From: an uncultured delta proteobacterium
Lineage (GTDB): Bacteria; Desulfobacterota; Desulfobacteria; Desulfobacterales; SpSt-501
DNA length: 64,000 nucleotides
Direction: 5' to 3'
NCBI GenBank assembly: GCA_963785045.1
Contig: CAWAUC010000020.1
Coordinates: forward strand, 277,661-341,660
Shown here: positions 48,313-57,577 of the stretch, in pieces
How the letters are laid out: every line of letters begins with the position of its first letter
Position numbering within the stretch: position 1 is the stretch's first letter
Made by a program: the position numbers and the translations under genes
The notes under the pieces: model-generated
Seen by the model: only the letters and a program-made list of their open reading frames with translations
What the model was told of the DNA's origin: nothing
The model's database searches: none

Positions 48313-48431
48313 AGCCATCCTGCTGCGCAGGATGGCTATATAGGGTTCGAGGGGTCGAGGGGTCAAGGGTAAAAGAAAACAGATAGACCTTCTGTTCACT
48401 TGACCCCTGGAACCCTTGGACCCTTGAACCC
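48313..48431. repeat. stem-loop plus octamer-based inverted-repeat element inside the ABC operon
   Basis: An 11-bp perfect hairpin, AGCCATCCTGC-TGC-GCAGGATGGCT, sits right after the SBP stop. It is followed by GGTTCGAG GGGTCGAG GGGTCAAG ... CTTGACCCCTGGAACCCTTGGACCCTTGAACCC, which are imperfect inverted arms. Confidence 0.55.
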
Positions 48432-48504
48432 TTAAGCCTCAAGGCGCCAACTTCCGCCGGTGTATCGCTTTCTTTAACCACAAAGGCAGGCAACGAACTC
48501 CATC

Positions 48505-49431
48505 ATGGGCCGTTACCTACTCAAAAGACTGTGGCATACGGTCTACGTGGTCGTGGGCATCTCGATCATCAGCTTCTTCTTCATCCACCTGTCGGGGGAC
48601 CCGGTGATGCTCATGCTGCCGGGTGATGCCTCCATGGCGGAAGTCGAGACCTTGCGCCAGCAGCTGGGGTTCAACGACCCGCTCTATGTTCAGTATTGGC
48701 GCTTCGCCGGCCGGGCGCTGACGGGCGATCTCGGCGTATCTCTTTACCATCGCGTGCCTGCTATCAGCCTGATCATGGAGCGGCTGCCGGCAAGCCTCGA
48801 ACTCGCCGGCGCCGCCATGCTGATCGCGCTGGTCGTCGCCATCCCGCTGGGGATTATTTCAGCGGTCAAGCGCGGCTCGCTCTGGGACACGGGCTCGATG
48901 CTGGGGGCACTCTTCGGGCTCTCCATGCCCCATTTCTGGCTCGGGATCATGCTGATTTTGCTTTTTTCCGTGACCCTGGGATGGCTGCCCACCTCGGGCC
49001 GCGGCACGCTTGCCCAGCTCGTCATGCCCTCCATCGCGCTGGGCCTGAGCCTGATGGCCATGTTCGCGCGCCTCACCCGCTCGGTGATGCTGGAGGTCCT
49101 GAGCCAGGACTACGTGCGGACCGCCCGGGCCAAGGGACTGCGCGAAAAAATCGTCATCGGCAAGCATGCCCTCAAGAACGCCCTGATCCCGCTCGTGACC
49201 GTAGCCGGCATGCAGTTCGGGTTTCTCATCGGCGGCACCGTCATCATCGAAACCGTGTTCGCCTGGCCGGGCGTGGGCCGCCTGGTGGTGCAGGCCATCT
49301 TCAGCCGGGATTACCCCCTCGTGCAGGCGACGGTGCTGGTGCTCTCCGTGATTTTCGTGGCCGTCAATCTGCTGGTGGATCTGATTTATCTCTACCTCGA
49401 TCCCCAGATCAGCTACCTGGAGCAGAAATGA
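48505..49431 (+). CDS. ABC transporter permease (DppB/OppB-like)
   Basis: 308 aa beginning MGRYLLKRLWHTVYVVVGISIISFF. The EAA-type loop is DYVRTARAKGLREKIVIGKHALKNALIP. Confidence 0.85.
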   Translation: MGRYLLKRLWHTVYVVVGISIISFFFIHLSGDPVMLMLPGDASMAEVETLRQQLGFNDPLYVQYWRFAGRALTGDLGVSLYHRVPAISLIMERLPASLELAGAAMLIALVVAIPLGIISAVKRGSLWDTGSMLGALFGLSMPHFWLGIMLILLFSVTLGWLPTSGRGTLAQLVMPSIALGLSLMAMFARLTRSVMLEVLSQDYVRTARAKGLREKIVIGKHALKNALIPLVTVAGMQFGFLIGGTVIIETVFAWPGVGRLVVQAIFSRDYPLVQATVLVLSVIFVAVNLLVDLIYLYLDPQISYLEQK

Positions 49432-50345
49432 GCCGACCGGCCGCATCTTCCGAAAGATTCCGGCACCTGCGGGCCTCGCTCAGGCTGTGGGGGGAAACCC
49501 TGCGCGAGCTCGCCCGCTCCCCCGGCGCCGTGGCCGGTGGGATCCTGTTCGCGCTCATCATCGTCACGAGCCTTTGCTTCCAGCTTTTTTATACGAAGGA
49601 CCCCCTGGCCCAGGATCTGCTCGCCCGGTTGACGCCGCCGTTCTGGCAGACGGGGGGCAGCCTCGCCTATCCCCTGGGCACCGACAACCTCGGCCGGGAT
49701 GTGCTGGTGCGGATCCTCTACGGCAGCCGGGTCAGCCTGATGGTGGGTTTCTCCTCCGTGCTCGTCGCCTGCGGGGCGGGCATCGCCCTGGGCCTTATCT
49801 CGGGCTACTATGGCGGCCGGGTGGACAATGTCATCATGCGCCTGGCCGACGTCTTCATGGCCTATCCCTTCATGCTGCTCACCATCTCCATCATCGCCGT
49901 GCTGGGCAACTCCATATTCAACCTCATCCTCGTGCTGGGCCTTTCGGACTGGGTCACCTACGCCCGCACCATCCGCGGCAGCGTGCTCAGCATCAAGAAA
50001 AAAGAGTTCGTGCTGGCCGCCCGCAGTGTGGGCACCCGCAACCGGGTGATCCTGCTGCGGCACGTCTTCCCCAATGTGCTCTCCCCCATCCTGGTGCTCG
50101 GCACCGTGCGGGTCGCCAACATCATCATCTGGGAAAGCGGCCTGTCGTTTCTCGGCATGGGGGTGCCCCCGCCCATGCCCACCTGGGGCCGCATGCTGGC
50201 CGAGGGCCGGGTGTACATCACGGATGCCTGGTGGCTGGTAACGCTGCCGGGGCTGGCCATCATGCTGACCATTCTCTCGATCAACCTCCTGGGCGACGGC
50301 CTGCGGGATGCGCTGGACCCGCGCCTCAGGAACATACCCCGGTAA
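49428..50345 (+). CDS. ABC transporter permease (DppC/OppC-like)
   Basis: The start is MSRPAASSERF at 49428, with an ATGA overlap. The blocks GTDNLGRDVLVRILYG and EFVLAARSVGTRNRVILLRHVFPN are present. The ORF-track 5' extension to 48696 is an out-of-frame shadow over the previous gene. Confidence 0.85.
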   Translation: MSRPAASSERFRHLRASLRLWGETLRELARSPGAVAGGILFALIIVTSLCFQLFYTKDPLAQDLLARLTPPFWQTGGSLAYPLGTDNLGRDVLVRILYGSRVSLMVGFSSVLVACGAGIALGLISGYYGGRVDNVIMRLADVFMAYPFMLLTISIIAVLGNSIFNLILVLGLSDWVTYARTIRGSVLSIKKKEFVLAARSVGTRNRVILLRHVFPNVLSPILVLGTVRVANIIIWESGLSFLGMGVPPPMPTWGRMLAEGRVYITDAWWLVTLPGLAIMLTILSINLLGDGLRDALDPRLRNIPR

Positions 50346-50366
50346 CACAGGAAAGGAACCCGTATA

Positions 50367-51536
50367 ATGAAAGTGCTTGTTTTGGGTCTCGGGCTTCAAG
50401 GCAAAGCCGCCATCCACGATCTCGAACAAAGTGATGCGGTATCGGAAATTGTGGCGGCGGACGCGGCGGTGGAACAGGCGCGGGCCTATGTCGACCGCAA
50501 AGCCTACCGCAAGGTCCGGGTGGTGCACGTGAACGCCTCCGAACCGGCGCTCATGGAGCAGCTGGTCCGGGAAAGCCGGCCGCAGGTCGTGGTCTGCATG
50601 CTGCCGGCGGACTTCCAGCCGCGGCTGGCCCGGGCGGCCCTCGACGCCGGCGTTTCCTACGTCAGTTCGAGCTACACCGGAGAGCTGGTCGAACTCGACC
50701 GTTTGGCCAAAGAGAGGGGGGTGACCATTTTGCCCGAGATGGGCATGGATCCGGGGATCGACCTGATGCTGGGCCGACTCGCCGTAGACGAGTTGGACGT
50801 GGTGCACGGCCTGCGTTCTTATGGAGCCGGGCTGCCGGAGCCGGGCTGCGCCGCCGACAACCCGATCGGCTACAAAATCACCTGGACCTTCGAAGGGGTC
50901 CTCAAGGCCTACATGCGGCCGGCCCGCTTCCTGCGGGACGGGAAGGAGGCGGCCATCCCCGCCGGGCAGATCTTCCGCCCGGAAAACGGCCACCCGCTGG
51001 AGGTGCCGGGAGTCGGCACCATGGACGCCTACTACAACGGGGACGCCATCCGCTACATCGACATCTTCGGGCTTGGGCCGGAGCTCAAGGAGATGGGCCG
51101 CTTCGCCATGCGCTGGCCCGGCCACAACCAGTTCTGGAACGTGATGGCGGAGCTGGGCTTCCTGGACGAGGCCGCGGACCGGGTCGGCGGGGCCGAGATA
51201 TCGCCCCGCCGGTTCGTTGTCGAGCATCTCACTCCCCGCCTGCAGTTCCGCGACACCGAGCGCGACATGGTCATCATTCGCGTCGAGGCCTGGGGGTTAA
51301 AAAACAGCCGGCCGCTGCGGGTCGCCTATGAACTGATCGACTACCGGGATCTGGCTTCCGGTCTTTTCGCCATGAACCGCGCGGTCGGATTCACCACCAG
51401 CATCGGCGCCCAACTGATCCTGGCCGGCAAGATTCAAAAGGCAGGCGTGCTCACGCCGGTCCGCGACGTACCGGCCCTGGAGGTGGTGCGCGAGTTGGAG
51501 AAGCGCGGCATGAAGGTCCAGCGCCGGGTGGAATGA
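50367..51536 (+). CDS. saccharopine dehydrogenase family protein (SDH-domain-like)
   Basis: The Rossmann motif is MKVLVLGLGLQG. The protein is collinear with the C-terminal (SDH) half of eukaryotic AASS (GMDPGIDLML, GGLPEP-like AGLPEPGCAADNPIGYKITW, MVIIRVEAWG). Confidence 0.8.
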   Translation: MKVLVLGLGLQGKAAIHDLEQSDAVSEIVAADAAVEQARAYVDRKAYRKVRVVHVNASEPALMEQLVRESRPQVVVCMLPADFQPRLARAALDAGVSYVSSSYTGELVELDRLAKERGVTILPEMGMDPGIDLMLGRLAVDELDVVHGLRSYGAGLPEPGCAADNPIGYKITWTFEGVLKAYMRPARFLRDGKEAAIPAGQIFRPENGHPLEVPGVGTMDAYYNGDAIRYIDIFGLGPELKEMGRFAMRWPGHNQFWNVMAELGFLDEAADRVGGAEISPRRFVVEHLTPRLQFRDTERDMVIIRVEAWGLKNSRPLRVAYELIDYRDLASGLFAMNRAVGFTTSIGAQLILAGKIQKAGVLTPVRDVPALEVVRELEKRGMKVQRRVE

Positions 51537-52897
51537 AGAGGGTTCAAGTGGAGAGGCCCGGGACGTTCACCACTGAAATTCTCGCAGACTATACCCTGCG
51601 CCTGCGCGCCGAGGATCTGCCGGCGGCAACCGTGGAGACGGTGCAGCGCTGTGTGCTGGATCTGCTGGGGGCCGCCGCGGCCGGCACGCCGTCGGAGGCG
51701 GCCTCGATGGCGCGGACCGTTGCGGCTCGGCTGGGCGGCGCGGGCAGTGCGGATATCTGGTTCGGCGGCGACCGGCGCCAGGCCGCTGCTGCCGCGTTCG
51801 CCAACAGCGCGGCAGCGAGCGCACTGGACCTGGACGACGGTCACCGCGCCGCCGGCGGGCATCCGGGTGCCGCCGTCATCCCGGCCGTGTTCGCCATGGC
51901 GGAGGAGGAAGCCGCCGGATGGCCTGAGATCCTGGCAGCGGTGGTAGCCGGCTACGAGGTGGGCGTACGCGTGGCCGCCGCACGGGATTTCTCCGCCCTC
52001 GACACCCTCGCAACCGGCCGTTGGTGCGGTTACGGGGTGGCGGCGGCGGCAAGCCGCTTGCGCCGGCTCTCGACCCGGCAGACCGCCGAAGCCATGGCGC
52101 TGGCCGGAGTCCTGTCCCCGGGGCTTTCCGCCGCCGGCTACAGCCGGGTGATGGGCAATCACGCCAAGGAGGGCATCCCCTGGGCGACGCTGACCGGTCT
52201 TTTGGCGGTCGAACTTGCCGCGCAGGGCTTCACCGGCCCGCTGGACATCCTGGACCATCGCGGGTATTACGATGCGGAACAAATCCGGGCGGGGCTCGGG
52301 GAAAACTTTGCCGTGGACGGTGTCTATTTCAAACCCTACGCGTGCTGCCGCTGGATCCACGCTGCCATCGACGGGCTGTGCAGCCTGGTGCAGCAGAACC
52401 GCATCCAGGTGGCCGATATTCGCTCAATCGAGGTGCACACGTTTGGAAGAGCGCTGCGGCTGAACAACTACCCTGACCCCGCGAATCTCGAGTCCGCCCA
52501 GTACAGCGTGCCCTTCTGCCTGGCGGCTGCCGCGGTGGAAGGGAAAAACGGGCTTCTGCCGATGCGGGCAAGCCTGCTGCACCGGTCGGACATCGTGACG
52601 CTGGCAGGCCGGGTGTCCCTGCACATGGATGCCGGGCTGGACCGGATGTTCCCGGAGTGCACCGCCGCACGGGTGGTTATCGGGACCGAGCGGCAGCGAC
52701 TTGAAGGCTACTGCCCTCACCCGCTGGGCGATCCGGCCAACCCCATGGACTGGGCGATGCTGGTGGGAAAATTCCAGCATCTGACGCAGGGGCTTCTGCC
52801 GGAAGCACGGCAAAAAGATATAATCAGGGCCGTTCAGTCGCTGCCGAGCCAGGGGCTGGCGTCGCTCCAAAATTATCTATCCGAACCTTTCGGCTGA
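51533..52897 (+). CDS. MmgE/PrpD family protein
   Basis: 454 aa with the family blocks VLDLLGAAAAG and ALDLDDGHRAAGGHPGAAVIPAVFAMAE, plus a C-terminal PrpD-type domain. An ATGA overlap joins it to the upstream gene. Confidence 0.8.
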   Translation: MKRVQVERPGTFTTEILADYTLRLRAEDLPAATVETVQRCVLDLLGAAAAGTPSEAASMARTVAARLGGAGSADIWFGGDRRQAAAAAFANSAAASALDLDDGHRAAGGHPGAAVIPAVFAMAEEEAAGWPEILAAVVAGYEVGVRVAAARDFSALDTLATGRWCGYGVAAAASRLRRLSTRQTAEAMALAGVLSPGLSAAGYSRVMGNHAKEGIPWATLTGLLAVELAAQGFTGPLDILDHRGYYDAEQIRAGLGENFAVDGVYFKPYACCRWIHAAIDGLCSLVQQNRIQVADIRSIEVHTFGRALRLNNYPDPANLESAQYSVPFCLAAAAVEGKNGLLPMRASLLHRSDIVTLAGRVSLHMDAGLDRMFPECTAARVVIGTERQRLEGYCPHPLGDPANPMDWAMLVGKFQHLTQGLLPEARQKDIIRAVQSLPSQGLASLQNYLSEPFG

Positions 52898-52941
52898 ACG
52901 CGTGGTGGTATCGATAAATTTTGAAAGGGGAGAGGGAATCG

Positions 52942-54264
52942 ATGAAAGTGGGTGTCAGAAACGAAGACAAAAGCAAATGGGAGCGCAGGGTGCCGCTGGT
53001 GCCCGCCGACCTTACGGCCCTGAGAGATGCCGGCGTCGACGCCGTGGTGCAGACCAGCGCCCACCGGGCCTTTACCGATGACGAATTCGACCAGGCCGGG
53101 GTGCTCATCCAAAAAGACCTGGGCGACTGCGATATCATCATCGGCATCAAGGAAATTCCTCCTGCCAAGCTGGAGGCCGGCAAGGTGTATCTCTTCTTTC
53201 CCCACGTCATCAAGGGCCAACCGGCCAACATGCCCATGCTGCAGCGCCTGATGGAGCTTAAGTCCACCCTGGTGGACTACGAGCGCATCGTGGACGAGAA
53301 AAACCGCCGCCTGATTTTTTTCGGCCGCCACGCCGGCCTGGCCGGCATGATCAACACGCTGTGGTCGCTCGGCCGACGCCTGGACGTCGAAGGCATCCCA
53401 TCGGCCTTCGGCCGCCTGAAACAGGCCCGGGCCTATGCCGACCTGTCGGGTGCACGGGAGGATCTGGGAAGAATCGCCGAGCGTATCGTTGCCGACGGGG
53501 TCCCCGAGGCGATCCACCCCCTGGTGGTGGGCTTTACCGGGTACGGCAACGTGTCCCAGGGCGCCCAGGAGATCCTGGACCTGCTGCCCGTCCAAACGAT
53601 TTCACCCCTTGAGCTTAAAAACCTGGCGCATGACCGCACCCAGGATGCTCGGGTAATCTACAAGGTCGTGTTCAAGGAGTCCGACCTGGTGGAACGGATA
53701 GAGGCGGGCAAGGGCTTCGATCTGGATGATTACTTTCGCCGGGGGGCCGGCGGCTATCGGAGCGTTTTCGACCGCTACCTGAACGATCTCTCCGTTTTGG
53801 TCAACTGCATCTACTGGGATCCGCGCTACCCGCGGTTGATTACCCTGCCCCAGTGCCGCGCCCTTTGGGCGGACGGCCAAAGCCCCAAGCTCAAGGTCAT
53901 CGGCGACATCAGCTGCGACGTCAACGGCTCGGTCGAATGCACCGTCAAGCCTACCGGCCCGGGAAACCCGGTGTACGTCTATGATCCCGCTACCGGCAAG
54001 GAGCAGGACGGCTTCGAGGGCCACGGCCCGGTCATGATGGCCGTGGAAATCCTGCCCTCTGAAATCCCCCGCGAATCCTCCATCGACTTCAGCCGTGTTC
54101 TAAAGGAGTTCCTGCCGCACCTGGCAACGGCCGATATGTCGAAGAGCTTCACCGAGCTCGCGCTGCCTCCGGAACTCAAGCGCGCCGTGATCGTTTACCG
54201 GGGCGAGCTGACACCCGACTATGCCTACTTGAAATCATTTCTGGCACCTACTGCGCGGCCCTGA
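52942..54264 (+). CDS. lysine-ketoglutarate reductase-like protein (AlaDH/PNT N-terminal domain, LOR/SDH conserved region)
   Basis: Collinear with the N-terminal LKR half of AASS (RNEDKSKWERRVPLVP, YLFFPHVIKGQPANMPMLQRLMELKSTLVDYERIVDE, FFGRHAGLAGMIN, FTGYGNVSQGAQEI, NCIYWDPRYPRLIT, IGDISCDVNGSVE). Confidence 0.75.
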   Translation: MKVGVRNEDKSKWERRVPLVPADLTALRDAGVDAVVQTSAHRAFTDDEFDQAGVLIQKDLGDCDIIIGIKEIPPAKLEAGKVYLFFPHVIKGQPANMPMLQRLMELKSTLVDYERIVDEKNRRLIFFGRHAGLAGMINTLWSLGRRLDVEGIPSAFGRLKQARAYADLSGAREDLGRIAERIVADGVPEAIHPLVVGFTGYGNVSQGAQEILDLLPVQTISPLELKNLAHDRTQDARVIYKVVFKESDLVERIEAGKGFDLDDYFRRGAGGYRSVFDRYLNDLSVLVNCIYWDPRYPRLITLPQCRALWADGQSPKLKVIGDISCDVNGSVECTVKPTGPGNPVYVYDPATGKEQDGFEGHGPVMMAVEILPSEIPRESSIDFSRVLKEFLPHLATADMSKSFTELALPPELKRAVIVYRGELTPDYAYLKSFLAPTARP

Positions 54265-54328
54265 GAGCCCAGGGCCGCGTTCAGCATCGAGATGAACTTA
54301 CAATTTCGCTTTGATCTTTGCTGATATA

Positions 54329-54482
54329 AGAAGTGGTTTCACAACCTCGGATCACACCCGAGGGCAAGGCGCATGCCGATTCAAAAGCGCAGCAACCCTG
54401 GCAGGTTGTGGCATTTCGAGAGGCCTGCAATCCCGCCATGGCGGGACCATCCGGCGTCAGAAGGGGATATGAAACCACTTCT
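54329..54482. other. 154-nt element closed by 13-bp perfect inverted repeats (structured RNA or MITE; unclassified)
   Basis: AGAAGTGGTTTCA...TGAAACCACTTCT forms the closing pair. Internal hairpins are CCTCGG-ATCACAC-CCGAGG and CCCGCC-AT-GGCGGG, with a long-range CACAACCT/AGGTTGTG pairing. A third partial arm copy (AATAAGTGGTTCGCACCTGCC) lies at 54637-54657. Confidence 0.4.
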
Positions 54483-54673
54483 GTCCATGATCCGCTCGCT
54501 TTTCTAAACTGTCACTCTATCCTGCGCAGAATCCGGTTCTCCGATCATCCCGCAGCCCTCCCTGCAGCCTTCAACGAAAGGGAAAAATGCCTGAATCCAA
54601 CTTGATATCAAATTATCGGCGCAAAATGTCATGTTAATAAGTGGTTCGCACCTGCCACCACTCCATGAACAAC

Positions 54674-54703
54674 TTGACATGTACATACATATGTGCATAT
54701 CAT
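54674..54703 (+). promoter_or_regulatory. candidate brnTA promoter with palindromic spacer
   Basis: The sequence is TTGACA-N18-TATCAT. The spacer contains the palindromes ATGTACAT and ACATATGT, and the ATG lies 9 nt after the -10 element. Confidence 0.35.
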
Positions 54704-54711
54704 GAGGTACC

Positions 54712-54978
54712 ATGTTTGAATGGGATGAATCAAAAGCCAATTTGAATAAGTCCAAGCACGGGATTTCTTTTGCCGATACATTTGCAGTCTTCGAGGACCC
54801 AAATGCCGTGACTGTTGAGGAATTTCAAGGAGGTGAGCAACGTTACGTCACCATTGGCATGGATGCATTTGGCCGCGTACTCGTGGTGGTTTTCACATGG
54901 CGGGAGGACAACATTCGAATAATTTCTGCACGCAAGGCAGTGCGTTACGAGGTGAACCAATATGAAGGCGAGATATGA
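54712..54978 (+). CDS. brnT: BrnT-family ribonuclease toxin (DUF497)
   Basis: MFEWDESKANLNKSKHGISFADTFAVFEDPNAV...RIISARKA is the typical BrnT pattern. The toxin-first order with an overlapping brnA is also typical. Confidence 0.8.
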   Translation: MFEWDESKANLNKSKHGISFADTFAVFEDPNAVTVEEFQGGEQRYVTIGMDAFGRVLVVVFTWREDNIRIISARKAVRYEVNQYEGEI

Positions 54979-55216
54979 TTTTAGCAAAGGTAAGCGAGGT
55001 GCGGTAATTCCCGCAGCCGGCAATAAGGTTCGGATCACAATACGGCTTGATCGAGACATAATCGATTGGTTTCGATCCAAGGTCGAAGAACAAGGCGGAG
55101 GCAACTACCAAACGATGCTCAATGATGCCCTCCGAGCATATATGGAACATCAGGATCAGCCACTTGAAGAAGTAATTCGCCGTGTTGTCAGGGAGGAGTT
55201 ACACACTGCTCAATAA
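54962..55216 (+). CDS. brnA: BrnA antitoxin
   Basis: YDFSKGKRGAV...ITIRLDRDIIDWFRSKVEEQGGGNYQTMLNDALRAYM is the typical BrnA (RHH-like) pattern. Confidence 0.8.
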   Translation: MKARYDFSKGKRGAVIPAAGNKVRITIRLDRDIIDWFRSKVEEQGGGNYQTMLNDALRAYMEHQDQPLEEVIRRVVREELHTAQ

Positions 55217-55299
55217 TGGCAATTGCGAACACGCCGTTCAAGCGGACGCCAAACAGCAGGCGCCGCTTAACTTTCAGTTAGACCTCACTCGGATAACTC

Positions 55300-56178
55300 A
55301 TGCAAATCGAAGTTCAGATCGTGAATGCCTTCATTGACGGCGCAACCGGCGGCAACCCCGCCGGGGTTGTGGTTGATGCGAATGCGTTGACCACGGCGCA
55401 GAAGCTGAAAGTCGACCGACAGGTCGGGCTGTCTGAAACCGCCTTCGTTTCGGCGTCAAACACCGCGACCATCAAACTCGAGTTCTTCACTCCAACGCGA
55501 CAGATTGCCCACTGCGGGCACGCCACCATTGCCGCCTTTTCGCTCCTGCGACAACTTGGAGTCGTCGGTGAAGGCCACCTTTCCAAAGAAACGATCGATG
55601 GCAACAGGGACATCCTCGTAGAAGGTGAACTGGCCTTCATGGAGCAACGCGCCCCGAAGTACACCCCAGTTCCAGTTGCGTCCGAACTGTGCGGCCGAGT
55701 TGTCGCGTCTCTGGGCCTTGCGAAAACCCGGTTGCTGAGCGGAACCGGTCCGTTTGTGGTCAATACCGGGAACTCCTTCCTTCTCGTCCCGTTACTCGAC
55801 GAGCAGTCGGTGGCCGAACTGCGGCCACACTTTCGCTTGGTCGAGTCGCTCAGCGATGAGTTGGATCTGATCGGGTACTTCGTGTTCTCTATGACGACGA
55901 AAGTACGGGGCCGTCACGCAGGAGCACGAATGTTTGCTCCACGGTTTGGAATATCAGAGGAAGCAGGAACAGGAATGGCGGCAGGACCACTTGCGTGTTT
56001 TCTCCACGATCGCCTCGGGGTTGCGGAACGGGAGATACTCATTGAACAGGGCTGGTTGATGAATCCACCGTCGCCCAGTGTCATCAAGGTTGTTCTCGAA
56101 CTTGCCGATGGCGAGATCTCGCGCCTTATGGCTGGAGGCACTGCCCGTGCAATGTCGTCTTTGCGGGTTGAGGTCTAA
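55300..56178 (+). CDS. PhzF-family isomerase
   Basis: 292 aa with VNAFIDGATGGNPAGVV, GLSETAFV, FFTPTRQIAHCGHATIA and ISEEAGTGMAAGPLACFL. Confidence 0.8.
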   Translation: MQIEVQIVNAFIDGATGGNPAGVVVDANALTTAQKLKVDRQVGLSETAFVSASNTATIKLEFFTPTRQIAHCGHATIAAFSLLRQLGVVGEGHLSKETIDGNRDILVEGELAFMEQRAPKYTPVPVASELCGRVVASLGLAKTRLLSGTGPFVVNTGNSFLLVPLLDEQSVAELRPHFRLVESLSDELDLIGYFVFSMTTKVRGRHAGARMFAPRFGISEEAGTGMAAGPLACFLHDRLGVAEREILIEQGWLMNPPSPSVIKVVLELADGEISRLMAGGTARAMSSLRVEV

Positions 56179-56237
56179 CAGCCGTTTCCAACGGACGGCG
56201 CTGCGCGCCACCGCTGAACCGGATCGTTATGTTTTCT

Positions 56238-57577
56238 GGTTCTTCTCCGGATTAGTTGTAGAAAGCCTGGTAAATTTTCAGTGTAAAGTAGCGTAAGTCA
56301 TGGAAGCCATAGGCCTTGCGTTTGATGACTTTGATCTTGTTATTCACCCCTTCCAGTTTGCCTGTGTGGATGGGGTAATCACAGTGGTTTAGGATGCCAT
56401 AGCGATGGCGCTCCAGCATCTTGGCAAACCTGTTTAGGGCACGGTGATTCAGTGAACGGGCCAGCGCACACCACTCATCCAGCGATTTACCGGCCCAAGT
56501 GCGGGATTGGTAAGACCAGATAGCTTGAGTTGGTCTTTTAAAATCATCACCGTGTTGATAACCTCGTTTAGATTCAGCAGTTCTTTGAGTTGCTCACGGT
56601 GCTTCTTGCGGCGCACATTGGCTCGGTTCTTCAACAACAGATACTTGGAGCCTTTAAAGACCTGCTTGTTGTGTGCGGCCGCTTTGCGGTACTCGCTGTT
56701 TCGGATTTTATCGATAACCCGGCTGAAGGCGGCCACGACATGGAACTGGTCAAAGACGATGAAGGCCTGGGGCAGTTTTTTTTAACGGCGTTTATATACG
56801 GGTCCCACATGTCCATGACGACAGCCTCAATTGCTTTTCGCTGCTTGGCCGTCAACTGCTTGAAGAATCGGTTCAACGTCTTGGCCTTGCGATGCCGGCC
56901 GACATAAACAACACGGCCGGTCTGGTAGTCCAAGCACCACGGTCAGGTAACTGTGCCCTTTGCGGATGGAGATCTCATCCACCGCCAGGATACGAAGCCC
57001 ATTGAGATCCGGCTGGCCGTAGTGGGCCTCCAGATACTGCTTGTCGATGTCTTTGACCGTTTTCCAGTCCAGCTGAAAGTGCCGGGCGACATCGGTAACC
57101 GTCATCACCTTGCACAGCTTATGGATCTCGGCGGCCAAGTCTCCGAGTAACCCGCAGATACGGGTGAAAAAGCTCCAGATCCTCGATGCTGATTTTTTGG
57201 CAATGGGCACAGAGAAGCTTGCGGTACTCGCAACGCAGCCAGACCTGGGTACTGGCCAGGTTCAGATCCCGTACCGAGCGTTGGGCCCAGCTATGGACAC
57301 TGGAGGAGCCTTCTTCCCACAAATATGACAGACAGGTTGGAACCGCTGGTCGGGTACCACATCGATAACCGCTTTTGTGGCAGCGGGGTCCACGGCCTGT
57401 TTGGTAATTTTGATTCGACGAAAGGGGAAATACGGTGATATAGAGATTCCGGACATCGCAGGCCTCCTTCTTAGGATATGGTTTTTCTTAGCCGATCAAC
57501 CTATATCCTCGGAGATACCGGATGTCCATTCTGTTTGATATCACACCATATTGCCCACTTTCGTTTCAGCTAACCTG
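56238..57577 (-). mobile_element. ISL3-family insertion sequence, degenerate (1340 bp) with 8-bp target-site duplication
   Basis: The terminal inverted repeats are GGTTCTTCTCCGGATTAG and CTAACCTGGAGAAGATCC (15/18 match). The element is flanked by the direct repeat TGTTTTCT (56230-56237 and 57578-57585). Confidence 0.8.
56252..57456 (-). pseudogene. ISL3-family transposase, at least 5 frameshifts
   Basis: Collinear pieces lie in different frames: PDQRFQPVCHICG (zinc finger), VRDLNLASTQVWLRCEYRKLLC, LAVDEISIRKGHSYLTVV, GRHRKAKTLNRFFKQL, MDMWDPYINAVKK, HRALNRFAKMLERHRYGILNHCDYPIHTGKLEGVNNKIKVIKRKAYGFHDLRYF. Confidence 0.8.

Noticed and set aside
54264-54711. A tRNA or tmRNA gene as the island integration site.
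   Set aside because: No acceptor/T-arm pattern is present. GGTTCGCAC at 54644 lacks a matching T stem and a CCA-proximal acceptor. No integrase is nearby.
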